Of a stretch of DNA of 64,000 bases, positions 19,289 to 29,513 are shown one piece after another. The notes under the pieces were generated by a model. It did not search any database. It was given only the letters and a program-made list of their open reading frames with translations, and was not told where the DNA came from. Source of the stretch: Candidatus Pelearchaeum maunauluense (GTDB taxonomy: Archaea > Thermoproteota > Nitrososphaeria_A > Caldarchaeales > Caldarchaeaceae); NCBI GenBank assembly GCA_030059675.1, contig JANVYQ010000001.1, positions 128,001 through 192,000 of the forward strand, written 5' to 3'. The translations under genes and the position numbers were made by a program. Positions within the stretch are counted from its first letter, which is position 1, and each line of letters begins with the position of its first letter.

Positions 19289-21322
19289 ATGAGCTTCCTA
19301 GATGAGCTTCCTGTGGTTAAGTCTGGCTGCGGCATTCTGGGGATACTGAGGAAGAAAGACGCGGACAAAATCCGCGCGCAGGAGGCTCTAAGCTCTATTG
19401 AGTGCGTCAGGTTTAGGGGGAGTAAGCTGGGCGCTGGGTTTGCGGCATACAACATGGATGGAGACAACAGCCACTATCGTATCAAGGTGTTCGTAGATGG
19501 CGTTGAGACTCTGGAGACTGTTAAGCAGATGCTAGCCGAGTATGGTGTCGTGCTTCGCGCTGAGCTCGGCTACGACGACTCTGGAGCTTCCAAGCTCCGC
19601 TCCTGGGCTGCCCTAGCTGACGCTCCCTCGCGCGAGGCTCTCACAAACGCGGTGACGAGGGTGAACGAAGTCTTGATGCAGGACGGGATGAGGGGGAGGA
19701 TATACTCGTGGGGCAGGTATGTGGATGTCTGCAAAGGCGTCGGATACCCTGAAGACGTGTGCATGGACTTCAGGCTCGTGGAGCGCGGCATGGAGGCTGA
19801 CCTATGGATAGCGCATACCCGCCAGCCCACGAACTCGCCTGGAATCCACCCAATCTGGTCGCATCCCTTCGCAGCCAACGAGTGGGCAATAGCGCATAAC
19901 GGCGACGTAAGCTCATACGGCGCCAACATGGAGTATCTCCGCTACCGCGGCTACACGAGCTTCATCGGAACGGACAGCGAGGTCATGGCGTACCTCCTAG
20001 ACCACCTAACCCGCGTCAGGGGGCTCGCGATAGAGGAGGCCGCCGAGATACTCTGCAACCCATACGAGGCCGAGCACGGCGGTATGGAGAGGATAATAGC
20101 ACATCGCGGCGCTTCCCTGGATGGGCCGTTCAGCGTGGTAGCGGGCTACTGTGATGGAGACGACATCTACATGCTCGCCCTGGCTGATAGGTCTAAGTTT
20201 AGGCCACTCGTCGTGGGCGAGGACGGGGAGCGCATCTACGTCGCGAGCGAGGAGGCTGAGATAAGAACACTATCCAGCGACGCGCGCGTATGGACTGTAA
20301 AGCCAGGCGGCTATCTCCTAGCATCGCTCAAACAAGGGATAATACACAGCGGCCGCGAGGATTACGAGCTATTCTACCGAAGCTACTGCTCACACCACGC
20401 ACCCGCACACGCCATAGACGCGGAGGGAATGGGATACGCTGAGCTAAACAGGAAGATAAGGGAGGCGCTCAATAACGGTGCGCGTGAGGTTCATGTCAAG
20501 AACGTGAGGGGCCAGCGCTATCTAGGCGTGAATATACCAGCAGGCTCAAGGCTACACATCTACGGAACCCCTGGGAACTGCCTGGCCAACTTCAACAAGG
20601 GGGCTGAGATATACGTCTACGGTAATGCCGAGGACGATGTCGCAGACGCAATGTACGGCGGCCGCGTCGTTATCCACGGCGACGCGCGCGACGTGATTGC
20701 GCAAGCATTCCAGGATGGCGAGATATTCGTCCGTGGAAACGTCGGGAATAGGGCTGCGATACAGATGCGCGAGTTCCAGGACAGGAGGCCATTTCTCATA
20801 GTGGGCGGACGCGCCGACGACTATCTCGGCGAGTACATGGCTGGCGGCGTTGTGATGATACTCGGCCTAGACGCCATGGAGTATGAGGACAAGCCGCTGG
20901 TGGGCAAATACGTAGCTACTGGGATGGTCGGCGGGAGAATCTACATACGCGGCAGGGTTGAGCAGTGGAGAATCGGCCTCCACCCACCAAAGACAGACAC
21001 GCTCCAATACCTCCGCGGCCTACTCATGGAAGGGCTGGTGGACGCTGAGACGTATGAGGAGCTATCCAGGGAGAGGATGATAACCTACTCCATGCTTGAG
21101 CAGCGTCTCCACCCCAAAGCCCTGAGCAGGATAAGCAAGCTCTTCATAAACAAATACTTCTCACCACCCCGCGTTGAGTATCGCAGGCTCCGTGATGACG
21201 ACCTGGCACTAGTGGGAGAGAGGCTACGCAGATTCTTCGCCGAGTTCCACCTAGGGGAGCAGCTGCTACAGCGCCTGCTGGAGTCGGAGTTCACGGTCAT
21301 AACTCCCCAGAAGAAGCACTAG
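19289..21322 (+). CDS. Glutamate synthase amidotransferase (GltB1) + GXGXG beta-helix (GltB3) fusion
   Basis: Ntn nucleophile CGILG after a short propeptide, AHTRQPTN, HPF, HNGD, TDSE; GDYLGEYMAGG-type repeats. Start placed at ATG 19289. Confidence 0.9.
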   Translation: MSFLDELPVVKSGCGILGILRKKDADKIRAQEALSSIECVRFRGSKLGAGFAAYNMDGDNSHYRIKVFVDGVETLETVKQMLAEYGVVLRAELGYDDSGASKLRSWAALADAPSREALTNAVTRVNEVLMQDGMRGRIYSWGRYVDVCKGVGYPEDVCMDFRLVERGMEADLWIAHTRQPTNSPGIHPIWSHPFAANEWAIAHNGDVSSYGANMEYLRYRGYTSFIGTDSEVMAYLLDHLTRVRGLAIEEAAEILCNPYEAEHGGMERIIAHRGASLDGPFSVVAGYCDGDDIYMLALADRSKFRPLVVGEDGERIYVASEEAEIRTLSSDARVWTVKPGGYLLASLKQGIIHSGREDYELFYRSYCSHHAPAHAIDAEGMGYAELNRKIREALNNGAREVHVKNVRGQRYLGVNIPAGSRLHIYGTPGNCLANFNKGAEIYVYGNAEDDVADAMYGGRVVIHGDARDVIAQAFQDGEIFVRGNVGNRAAIQMREFQDRRPFLIVGGRADDYLGEYMAGGVVMILGLDAMEYEDKPLVGKYVATGMVGGRIYIRGRVEQWRIGLHPPKTDTLQYLRGLLMEGLVDAETYEELSRERMITYSMLEQRLHPKALSRISKLFINKYFSPPRVEYRRLRDDDLALVGERLRRFFAEFHLGEQLLQRLLESEFTVITPQKKH

Positions 21323-21351
21323 CGTTTATGAGCAGGCTCTAACACCTATCC

Positions 21352-22122
21352 ATGATGCCTCTAAGCAAGCGCATAATCCCCTGCCTTGACGTTGACCAGG
21401 GGCGCGTGGTTAAGGGGCGGATGTTCAGGGAGCTACGCGACGCTGGCAGGCCAGATGAGCTGGCGAGCCGCTACTCCGAAGAAGGGGCTGACGAGCTGGT
21501 CTTCCTAGACATAACCGCATCGGTGGAGAAGCGCGGCATACTCGTCAACGTGGTGCGTAGCGTCGCTTCCGTGATTAACATACCCTTCACGGTAGGAGGC
21601 GGGATAAGGTCTCCCGAAGACGCTGATATGGTTCTACACAACGGCGCCGACAAGGTCTCAATAAACACCGCAGCGGTCCGCGAGCCTAGGCTGGTTAAGA
21701 AGCTCTCGGAAACCTATGGAGCGCAGTGCATAGTAGTAGCCATAGACGCGAAGTCCAGCCCAGGCTTCCCGTCGGGCTATGAGGTCTATACACACGGGGG
21801 CAGGAATCCTGCTGGGCTTGACGCAGTAGAGTGGGCTAGGCGCGTGGAGGAGCTGGGAGCAGGCGAGATACTGCTCACCTCAATAGACAAAGACGGGACA
21901 CGCGAGGGCTATGACATCAAGCTAACACGCATGGTGGCGGAGGCGGTGAGCATACCAGTAATAGCCAGCGGCGGCGCAGGAGAGCCAGCACACATGTACG
22001 AGGTCCTAACAGAGGGGAAAGCAGACGCAGCACTCGCAGCATCAGTCTTCCACTACAACCAACACCTAATAGCAGAGGTCAAAAAATACCTAGCCAAACG
22101 CGGCGTCCAAGTACGTATGTAA
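21352..22122 (+). CDS. hisF: Imidazole glycerol phosphate synthase cyclase subunit
   Basis: [40 protein letters not shown]. Confidence 0.97.
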   Translation: MMPLSKRIIPCLDVDQGRVVKGRMFRELRDAGRPDELASRYSEEGADELVFLDITASVEKRGILVNVVRSVASVINIPFTVGGGIRSPEDADMVLHNGADKVSINTAAVREPRLVKKLSETYGAQCIVVAIDAKSSPGFPSGYEVYTHGGRNPAGLDAVEWARRVEELGAGEILLTSIDKDGTREGYDIKLTRMVAEAVSIPVIASGGAGEPAHMYEVLTEGKADAALAASVFHYNQHLIAEVKKYLAKRGVQVRM

Positions 22123-22196
22123 TGTAAATTTTATTAATCCTGCATATTATCAGCAAAATTTAATTAGACTTAAACCCGTATAGCGTAGATTAGGGT

Positions 22197-22442
22197 TTGA
22201 AGGAAGACCTGAGACTCAAAATTGACCCTAGGGGGCGACTAAGCATACCGTCGGACATAAGGGATGAGGTAGGTGATGAAGTAATACTTAGAAGAACACC
22301 CGAAGGCTTCCTACTCATACCAGCTAAACAGCATAACTTCTTGGAAGAGTTTCGCCGCATTATCTCATCCGAGCCGCAAAGAACGGGAAAACCTGAAAAC
22401 TGGGACCCGAAGAAGATGAAATCAGTATGGTTAGGGGACTAA
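22197..22442 (+). CDS. AbrB/MazE-type antitoxin (VapB)
   Basis: KIDPRGRLSIPSDIR; lies upstream of a PIN gene; AT-rich. Confidence 0.85.
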   Translation: MKEDLRLKIDPRGRLSIPSDIRDEVGDEVILRRTPEGFLLIPAKQHNFLEEFRRIISSEPQRTGKPENWDPKKMKSVWLGD

Positions 22443-22448
22443 GTGCAT

Positions 22449-22874
22449 ATGGTTATTGGACTTGATACAAATGTCTTATGCTACGCGCTTGACCCCGCAT
22501 ATCCAGAGCATACCAAACTTAAGGGACTTCTTCTAAAATTATCTCCTGATAATATGCTTGCACTAAACCCAACAATCATACAAGAAGCCTATCATGTTCT
22601 AGTCTTTGGACAAAAATAGACTCCTAATGAAGCTATGAGAAAGCTGAGGATGTTACTAAAGCATCCTTACATAGTATTTTACGCTCAAAACAAGAAGATA
22701 TCAATGACGGCCCTGACCCTAGCAGCGCATTATGGTTTAGGAGGAAGAGACGCGCTTATTATCGCTAACTTTCTAACCAACAAAATACCCATAATGTATA
22801 CTCATGACCAAGAATTGCTAAAATTAGAAAAGCTTTCGTGGATAAATTTGAAATATCATTTAAAGACCCAATAA
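22449..22874 (+). pseudogene. VapC/PIN toxin with in-frame TAG (22617-22619) and probable 3' frameshift
   Basis: MVIGLDTNVL...QEAYH...GQK*TPNEA...GRDALI...YTHD. Confidence 0.8.
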
Positions 22875-22969
22875 CGGAAATGACTCGTAATAGGTATTGG
22901 TCTAAAAATTATGATTGTGAAGTAATACATGTTTAAAGAGTGGTTCTTGGTGTACCGACGGTGATTAAT

Positions 22970-23290
22970 ATGAAGGTAGATGAGCTGCGTTTTGATTCGC
23001 GGGACGGGCTTATACCTGTTGTTGTTCAGGATGTTAAGACGCGTGAGGTTCTTATGCTTGCTTATGCCAATCGCGAGGCTTTGGAGAGGACGCTCTCAAC
23101 TGGTTTTGCGCATTTCTGGAGCAGGACGCGGAGGAAGCTCTGGATGAAGGGCGAGGAGTCTGGGAACACGCAGCGGGTGGAGAAGATATTGGTGGACTGC
23201 GATGCCGACGCGCTAGTCTATCTCGTTACGCCTAGCGGCCCAGCGTGCCATACTGGGAATAGGACATGCTTTTACAGAAGCCTGGATTAG
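22970..23290 (+). CDS. hisI: Phosphoribosyl-AMP cyclohydrolase (monofunctional)
   Basis: [32 protein letters not shown]. Confidence 0.97.
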   Translation: MKVDELRFDSRDGLIPVVVQDVKTREVLMLAYANREALERTLSTGFAHFWSRTRRKLWMKGEESGNTQRVEKILVDCDADALVYLVTPSGPACHTGNRTCFYRSLD

Positions 23291-23294
23291 CGTG

Positions 23295-23909
23295 TTATCG
23301 CTTTACTATCTTCATGAAGTTGCGCAGCATCTGCTCTCCTATCTTTGATGATTTCTCTGGGTGGAATTGTGTTCCGAAGATGTGTTTTTCTGAGATTACT
23401 GCTGGGAACTCTACGCCGTACTCGGCCTTCGCCGCAATTATGTTGGCTTCGCGTGGGTTTGGGTAGTATGTGTGGTTGAAGTATACCCATGCCTCTTCCA
23501 TCCCCTCCATCAGCGGTGTGTCTTTTACTCTTTTTATCGTGTTCCAGCCCATGTGGGGGCGTTTCACGCTTGGCGGCAACGCTACAACAATCCCCCTGAA
23601 GATTTCCAGCCCCCTCCCAGGGCCTTCCTCGCTCTCCTCAAACATCACCTGCATGCCTAGGCATATTCCGAGTGTTGGTGTTTCGTTTAGTATTTTTTCG
23701 CGTAGCTCCTCGCGGTAGGGCGCTATGTTCTCAGCCGCTGCCGCGAAGCTTCCCACGCCAGGCATTACGAGGGCGTCAAAACCGCCAGCGCGCGCGGGTT
23801 CTCTGCTTATAATCACCTCAGCGCCTAGTCGCTTTAGAGCGTTGGATATGCTGAAGATGTTCCCCACACCATAGCTTAGGACTAGTATCTTCACACCAAG
23901 CCAAACCAT
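23295..23909 (-). CDS. hisH: IGP synthase glutaminase subunit
   Basis: YGVGN, PGVGSF, LGICLGMQ, PHMGWN, QFHPEKS. Confidence 0.97.
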   Translation of the reverse strand: MVWLGVKILVLSYGVGNIFSISNALKRLGAEVIISREPARAGGFDALVMPGVGSFAAAAENIAPYREELREKILNETPTLGICLGMQVMFEESEEGPGRGLEIFRGIVVALPPSVKRPHMGWNTIKRVKDTPLMEGMEEAWVYFNHTYYPNPREANIIAAKAEYGVEFPAVISEKHIFGTQFHPEKSSKIGEQMLRNFMKIVKR

Positions 23910-23913
23910 ACTC

Positions 23914-24519
23914 TTAGTGGTTTCTATTTTTGTTTTTGCGGCCCAGCCTTCGGTATGCTACGTATATCGCCGCCGCAGCGGCTACTACCGCTATCGTGAG
24001 CTGCTCAAAGTATGCGCGTACGAATTCTAGTATCGGCTCTCCGTATAGCATGATGAGCGTTGCCTCGGTCATGAATCTTGCTCCGCGGCCTATGAATGAG
24101 ATGATGATGAAGCCCTTGATGTTTCTGAGCCTGAATGCTCCAGATGCTATTGTGAAGACTTTGTAGGGGATTGGTGTGAAGGCAGCTATCCCGACAGCCC
24201 ATAGACCGTAGCGGTTGAAGTAGCCCTCAACGCGCATGACGCGCTCTTCCTCGATTATCTTCAGCAGGACTGGCCTGCCTCCCTTGAGGCCTATCCAGTA
24301 TCCCAGGAGCGCTCCTAGGACGGAGCCAGTTGTTGCGGTTAGGCCGTAGAGTATCGCGCCTTCTGGGTTTAGGAGGGATAGGGGTATGAGGACGGCGTCT
24401 GGGGGTATTGGGAAGAAGCTGGACTCGGCGAAGGCGAGGATGAAGAGCCCAGGGACGCCTAGTGGGACTAGATACGCGTGCGCCCAGCTTAGGAGAGCAT
24501 CCACCAGCCCGTCGGCCAA
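23914..24519 (-). CDS. DedA/YqaA (VTT domain) membrane protein
   Basis: FAESSFFPIPPD, FTPIPYKVFTIASG, GRGARF. Confidence 0.92.
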   Translation of the reverse strand: MADGLVDALLSWAHAYLVPLGVPGLFILAFAESSFFPIPPDAVLIPLSLLNPEGAILYGLTATTGSVLGALLGYWIGLKGGRPVLLKIIEEERVMRVEGYFNRYGLWAVGIAAFTPIPYKVFTIASGAFRLRNIKGFIIISFIGRGARFMTEATLIMLYGEPILEFVRAYFEQLTIAVVAAAAAIYVAYRRLGRKNKNRNH

Positions 24520-24548
24520 GCCCCATCAACGAGGATAAGACGGCTATA

Positions 24549-25061
24549 TTACTGTTTGTAGGCGTAGCGTTTCGCCTGTCCTACTAGGAAGCTAGCCAGC
24601 TCCGCAAGGTCAAAGGGCCACGCATAGATTATCTCCACACCCCTAACCTTCTCCGACAACTCTTCCAGCTTCTCTGGGATATCCTCCTCAGAGTGCTCTC
24701 CGCCGCGAACCATCATGGTTGGGACGACAACTATCTTGTCGGGCTTCATATTCGCTGCCCTGCTTACTGCTTCTTCAATCGTTGGTGAGCAGAACTCGTT
24801 GAAGGCTGGGATTATGTCTAGGAAGTCTCCGCCCTTCTCCTTCATGGCTTTTACGAGCTCGTTGAGCCCGTGCCAGTAAGGGTCGTTTTCTGGTGTTCTT
24901 GGGTAGCTGCGTATCTCGGTGTCAAGCTCCTGGAAGCGGCGCTTAACATCTTCGCCGCCTGATGCTAGCTGCTTCTCAAGACGGACATACTCGGAGACCT
25001 TCTCGGCTGGATACCCTTTTGGCGGGGAGCCGTGGCCGACGAGTACAACAACCACACGCAT
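24549..25061 (-). CDS. CbiX/SirB-type sirohydrochlorin chelatase (small form)
   Basis: LVGHGS, AFNEFCSPTIEEA, GEHSEEDIP. Confidence 0.85.
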   Translation of the reverse strand: MRVVVVLVGHGSPPKGYPAEKVSEYVRLEKQLASGGEDVKRRFQELDTEIRSYPRTPENDPYWHGLNELVKAMKEKGGDFLDIIPAFNEFCSPTIEEAVSRAANMKPDKIVVVPTMMVRGGEHSEEDIPEKLEELSEKVRGVEIIYAWPFDLAELASFLVGQAKRYAYKQ

Positions 25062-25150
25062 AGGCGAGATATGGGGCTGCGACCTTAAAAACCAATCCAT
25101 ACGCCGAATTGTGGATAAGTTTATGTATGCTCCCCTGTTGGGGGCGTAGC

Positions 25151-25729
25151 ATGGTTGAGAAACACACCTGCAAGCGCTGTGGCCACTCATTCAACTCACC
25201 AAAAGCTCTGAAGCAGCATACACGCTCCAAGCATTTCTCATACTACTTCGCTCTCAACATAGCGCCACCAATAATTATTGCCGCTCTCTTGGTTGTTGCG
25301 TCCATGATATTCATTCCACCGTATCTGGAGAGCCTGGCTCAGCAGGCTACGCAGACACCTGAGGAGATTACTGAGCGTTTCCTGACTGGGCATGAGGGTC
25401 TGGCGATGCACTACCACGTTACTCTGAGGGTTTTCGTGGATGGCGATGAGGTTGAGGTTCCGCGTTTCATGGGGTTGATGCCCGATGGAAGGATGCGCTA
25501 CATACACACGCACAGCACGCCGAACAGGATTCACATAGAGTCTCCCATAGTCTATAACTTCACGCTGGGGGACATCTTCAAGGTCTGGGGCAAGCGCTTT
25601 GACGAGAATTGTTTTGACACCTACTGCGGAAACCTAACTGTTTTGGTTAATGGTGAGGAGATAAGCGACCCCGTTAACTATGTTTTGAAGGATGAGGATG
25701 AGATAGTCGTGGAGGTCAGGACTTCCTAG
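25151..25729 (+). CDS. C2H2 zinc finger + TM + His-rich extracytoplasmic domain protein
   Basis: CKRCGHSFNSPKALKQHTRSKH; TM helix; MHYH, IHTH..IH.E, FTLGDIF..W, VNG...YVLKDEDEI. Confidence 0.8.
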   Translation: MVEKHTCKRCGHSFNSPKALKQHTRSKHFSYYFALNIAPPIIIAALLVVASMIFIPPYLESLAQQATQTPEEITERFLTGHEGLAMHYHVTLRVFVDGDEVEVPRFMGLMPDGRMRYIHTHSTPNRIHIESPIVYNFTLGDIFKVWGKRFDENCFDTYCGNLTVLVNGEEISDPVNYVLKDEDEIVVEVRTS

Positions 25730-25775
25730 GGGGCTGGTAGTACCTAGCCATATCCCGCTGGTCTATGGATATAAG

Positions 25776-27311
25776 ATGGGGCTTCGGGCTTCCTGTCTAG
25801 ACGTGCTAGCTAGGGGTAGGGCGCTCTATAAGGAGCTGGTCTCAACCGCGGTTAGCGAGGGGTATCAGCTTACCGAGAGCGCTCTACGCCTTCTTGAGCG
25901 CTGCGAAGACCCCCTGGGGGCGTTGATGAGCGTAATCTCCAAGCTCCGCGCCGAGGAGCCGGCGGCTGTTGTTATAGACCTGCAGCACATCAAGCAGGTT
26001 GCGGGCGTGGATGTTCAGGAGCCCTTGGCTGAGCAGTCCGAAAAGCGGGTGGAGAAGAGGGAGGAGATAGACACCCTACAGCACGCGGCTAACTACCAGG
26101 TTATACAGCTATGCGGCGACGAGACGCGGATAGAGGGGACGATTGACGAGTTCATAGAGTATTTCAGGAGTAGGTATTATAAGCTGCGGCGCATAATTGA
26201 GAGGCGGCGCGACAAGTTCATACCCGTCTCGGAGCTCTCCAACCTCCAGGATGGGCGCGAGGCTTCTATAGTTGCTATGGTTATGGAGAAGCAAGAGGGC
26301 TCTAAGGCGCTCATGCTAACATGCGACGACCCCTCTGGGACTATTCGGGTGGCTGTGCCGAAGAGTAATAACGGCCTATACGAGCAGGCCGAGAACATAC
26401 TCAACGACCAGGTGATAGGGCTTAAGCTCCGCCGCTCAAATAGCATCTTCATAGCGCAGGACATATACTTCCCAGACGTAGAGATAAGACGACGCGATAA
26501 TGACCTGGGGAGCATACCCCAGCTATACGCCTGCCTAATCTCAGACATCCATGTTGGTAGTAAGAAGTTTAGGGAAGACCTGTTTGAGCGGTTTCTTGAC
26601 TGGCTCAGCCGTGGGCGCGATGGTGTTGTGAAGAGGTTGAAGTATGTTGTGGTTAATGGTGATTTGATTGATGGTATCGGCGTGTATCCTGGCCAGGATA
26701 AGGAGCTGGCCACAACAGATGTGGAGGAGCAGCTACGTATGGCCGCTAAACTGCTAGGTGAGATACCGCGCCATATTGAGGTTATCGTATGCCCTGGGAA
26801 CCATGAGCCTGTTAGGAAGGCTCTCCCACAGCCAGCCCTCCAGCAGAGGCATAGGAGCATACTCGCGGAGCATAGAGCGATAACATTCGGGACAAACCCA
26901 GCTCACCTAGTCGTTGAGGGGCGTAAGATACTCGTATACCATGGCCAGGGGCTTGAGGAGGTTATCCAGTCGCTCCCCAACATCTCCTACAGCACGCTCC
27001 GCGAGAACATGGATAGGGTTATGCTCGCTCTAATCAGGGCGCGGCACCTGGCGCCCAGCTATGGCGAGAACACGCAGCTCATGCCTCTCGGCGACGACCC
27101 GCTGGTTATAGAGGAGCCGCCAGACCTGCTGCATACGGGGCATATACACATAGCCCATACAACAAGCTACCGCGGCGTCCAGCTCGTTAACAGCGGCACC
27201 TGGCAGGACCAGACGAGCTTTCAGAAGAGCCTGGGGCTTGAGCCGACTATTGGGACGGCTGTTCTTCTAGAGCTCTCAACGATGCACGCAAGCGTTAGGT
27301 ATTTCTCATAA
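25776..27311 (+). CDS. polB: DNA polymerase D small (proofreading) subunit DP1
   Basis: OB fold + calcineurin-like phosphoesterase: SDIHVGS, GDLIDG, PGNHE, YHG, RHLAP, GHIH, NSGTWQ. Confidence 0.95.
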   Translation: MGLRASCLDVLARGRALYKELVSTAVSEGYQLTESALRLLERCEDPLGALMSVISKLRAEEPAAVVIDLQHIKQVAGVDVQEPLAEQSEKRVEKREEIDTLQHAANYQVIQLCGDETRIEGTIDEFIEYFRSRYYKLRRIIERRRDKFIPVSELSNLQDGREASIVAMVMEKQEGSKALMLTCDDPSGTIRVAVPKSNNGLYEQAENILNDQVIGLKLRRSNSIFIAQDIYFPDVEIRRRDNDLGSIPQLYACLISDIHVGSKKFREDLFERFLDWLSRGRDGVVKRLKYVVVNGDLIDGIGVYPGQDKELATTDVEEQLRMAAKLLGEIPRHIEVIVCPGNHEPVRKALPQPALQQRHRSILAEHRAITFGTNPAHLVVEGRKILVYHGQGLEEVIQSLPNISYSTLRENMDRVMLALIRARHLAPSYGENTQLMPLGDDPLVIEEPPDLLHTGHIHIAHTTSYRGVQLVNSGTWQDQTSFQKSLGLEPTIGTAVLLELSTMHASVRYFS

Positions 27312-27371
27312 GGCTTGTGCATGGCTAAGCTTTATATCAACGGCGCTGGCCGAGGCATTTCTTGATGGCTT

Positions 27372-27662
27372 ATGAGCGGCGAAGAAGAGGAGAGTGAAGC
27401 CATAGACGCCATCGTCGTGGCGTTTGACGAGAATGATAACTGTATAGTCTCGCCTACCCAGCCGCTATCTGATGAGGAGCTATCAACTCTAGTCGGGAGC
27501 GAGGCTGAGTATGAGGACTTCAAGGGCGTTAAGTGGTATGGTAAGGTGGTGGAGGCGCGTGAGGAGGGGCTTGTGGTGAGGTTCAGCGAGGAAGCCATGT
27601 CGCAGGGAGGACCTTCAGGATTGGGTCAGGGGAGCCTGGTACGCATACCGCTTAAGAAGTGA
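27372..27662 (+). CDS. Acidic paralog of ribosomal protein eL33/L35Ae (beta-barrel)
   Basis: Pattern S.EE.S.LVG....Y....G....GKVV.....G..VRF....P...G..V.I matches archaeal L35Ae; about 21 D/E vs 8 K/R. Confidence 0.6.
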   Translation: MSGEEEESEAIDAIVVAFDENDNCIVSPTQPLSDEELSTLVGSEAEYEDFKGVKWYGKVVEAREEGLVVRFSEEAMSQGGPSGLGQGSLVRIPLKK

Positions 27663-27705
27663 AACAATAACCATATTTATTATCAGCGCATACACTACCA
27701 TCCTT

Positions 27706-28689
27706 GTGAGAGGTCAGGAACTACGCATACCAACGCTTACCGATGTTTTGAAGGCTAGGCAGGTTGTCAATAAATATCTCAAGCCCACGCCGTTGATTTA
27801 CTCAAAACGCCTCTCAAGATTGCTGGATTGTGATGCTTACCTGAAGCTGGAGAACTTGCAGCCGATTAGGGCGTTTAAGGTTCGCGGCGGCGTCTATTAC
27901 ATGAGCGTGATGCGCGACGAAGCGGTAAAGCGGGGAGTGATAACAGCATCAACAGGCAACCACGCGCAGTCAATAGCCTATGCAGGAGCGCTCTTTGGCG
28001 CGGAGGTTAGGATAGTCATGCCAAACGGTGTTAGTAGCAATAAGATTGAAGCAGTCCGCGAGCTGGGTGCCGAGGTGATAATGCACGGCAGCTACTTTGA
28101 GGAGGCCCGCGAGTATGCCGAGAAGCTGGCAGACGAGAAGGGATACCTCTACGTCCACGCGATTAACGAGCCCCTCCTATACCAGGGCGTCGCTACGATG
28201 CATCTTGAGATAGCTGAGGAGCTTCCTGACGTTGATGTTGTGATTAATCCGATAGGGGGCGGCTCTGGTGCTTCTGGAGCGTGTATCGTGTATAAGTCGT
28301 TGAACAGCGAAATCAAGGTGTTTGGTGTTCAAGCCGAGGGGGCTCCAGCATTCTACCACTCGTGGCGCTCTGGTAGCTTATTCTCAACCGACGGCGTTAA
28401 GACCGCCGCTGAGGGGCTGGCCACCTCACAGGCGTATGAGCTGCCCCTCAAAATCCTACGCGGAAGGCTTGACGACATCATACTTGTAAGCGACGACGAG
28501 ATGCGCGGGGCTATTAGGATAATATTCCAGACAACCGGCCAGGTAGCTGAGCTTTCGGGAGCAGCAGCGACCGCGGCAGCCCTAAAAATACGCGAACAGC
28601 TTAGGGGCAGGAAAGTCGTGCTTATGCTTACAGGCGGGAACATTCAACAAGAGCAGCTAGCATCAATACTCGCTGCCCATAATGCTTAA
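27706..28689 (+). CDS. PLP-dependent threonine/serine dehydratase (no ACT domain)
   Basis: LKLENLQPIRAFKVRG, ASTGNHAQ, PIGGGSG, ELSGA, LTGGN. Confidence 0.92.
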   Translation: MRGQELRIPTLTDVLKARQVVNKYLKPTPLIYSKRLSRLLDCDAYLKLENLQPIRAFKVRGGVYYMSVMRDEAVKRGVITASTGNHAQSIAYAGALFGAEVRIVMPNGVSSNKIEAVRELGAEVIMHGSYFEEAREYAEKLADEKGYLYVHAINEPLLYQGVATMHLEIAEELPDVDVVINPIGGGSGASGACIVYKSLNSEIKVFGVQAEGAPAFYHSWRSGSLFSTDGVKTAAEGLATSQAYELPLKILRGRLDDIILVSDDEMRGAIRIIFQTTGQVAELSGAAATAAALKIREQLRGRKVVLMLTGGNIQQEQLASILAAHNA

Positions 28690-28723
28690 TAAACCCGCGT
28701 AAAGCTGGCCAGCCGTCGCCTCC

Positions 28724-29513
28724 TTGAGCAGGATAAGGCCCCTCAACCTACCATTATCCATATATCTCCCCAATAAGAAACTAGCCAGCCTCGCGGTAGA
28801 GTTGAGGAATGTTCCAGGGGCTTTGATGGAAGACCTCCGGTTATCCATCGTTTTGGTATTAATATTGTTGGCCTGCTCTCCAACACGGCTACGGCAAACA
28901 GCCCTACGACGAGTGTCGTCATACACCTAGACGTATCAGGCGTTGAGGAGGAGAAGCTTCAGGAGATGCTTGAGGAGATAAGGCGGCAGGAGAAGACGTT
29001 GTCAGCGTACATATTTGATACGGGCATACAGTCATTCACAGCAGACCAATACCATAACAGGGTTCTCAGCTTTAATGCGCGTGTGGTTTTGATGAGCGAG
29101 GCCTCGCTTAGGGGGCTTCTCAATAGTTTATACAACACCTTCGGCGACGCGGCCGCGGCTGCGTTCCTATACCACATGGGAGTCGGGGAGACCACGCCAT
29201 AGCGCGGTATGAGAAGCAGTTCTTCAAAGACCCCCGCGTGTGCATCCGCGTCATAGAGCATAACGCAGTGGCATTCGGCTACGCGCATAGGCTAACGATA
29301 AAGGAGGTGGGCGTAACCATGTTTGAGGTAATCTTTGAAGGCTTGTTTGAGTGTGAGTATCTAGCTGGTAAGAAGGGGCCGACATCCAACTGGATACGCG
29401 GGATGGCTGCTGGGTTTATTGAAGAACTCTTCGGCGGCAAGTGGAGCGCCACGGAGGTTAAGTGCGTCAACGCGGGCGATGGTGTTTGCATGTTTAGGGT
29501 AGTCCGCCAGTAG
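28724..29513 (+). pseudogene. ACT + V4R domain sensor protein with two frameshifts
   Basis: LRNVPGAL (ACT); reframing at about 28835 gives VIHRFGINIVGL; reframing at about 29185 joins the V4R part FEC...IRGMAAG...EVKC...GDGVC.F. Confidence 0.75.

Noticed and set aside
26177-26860. Long antisense ORFs (e.g. 26177-26860, 38929-39450, 42951-43430, 46471-47019)
   Set aside because: They are shadows of well-supported genes on the opposite strand and carry no protein motifs.
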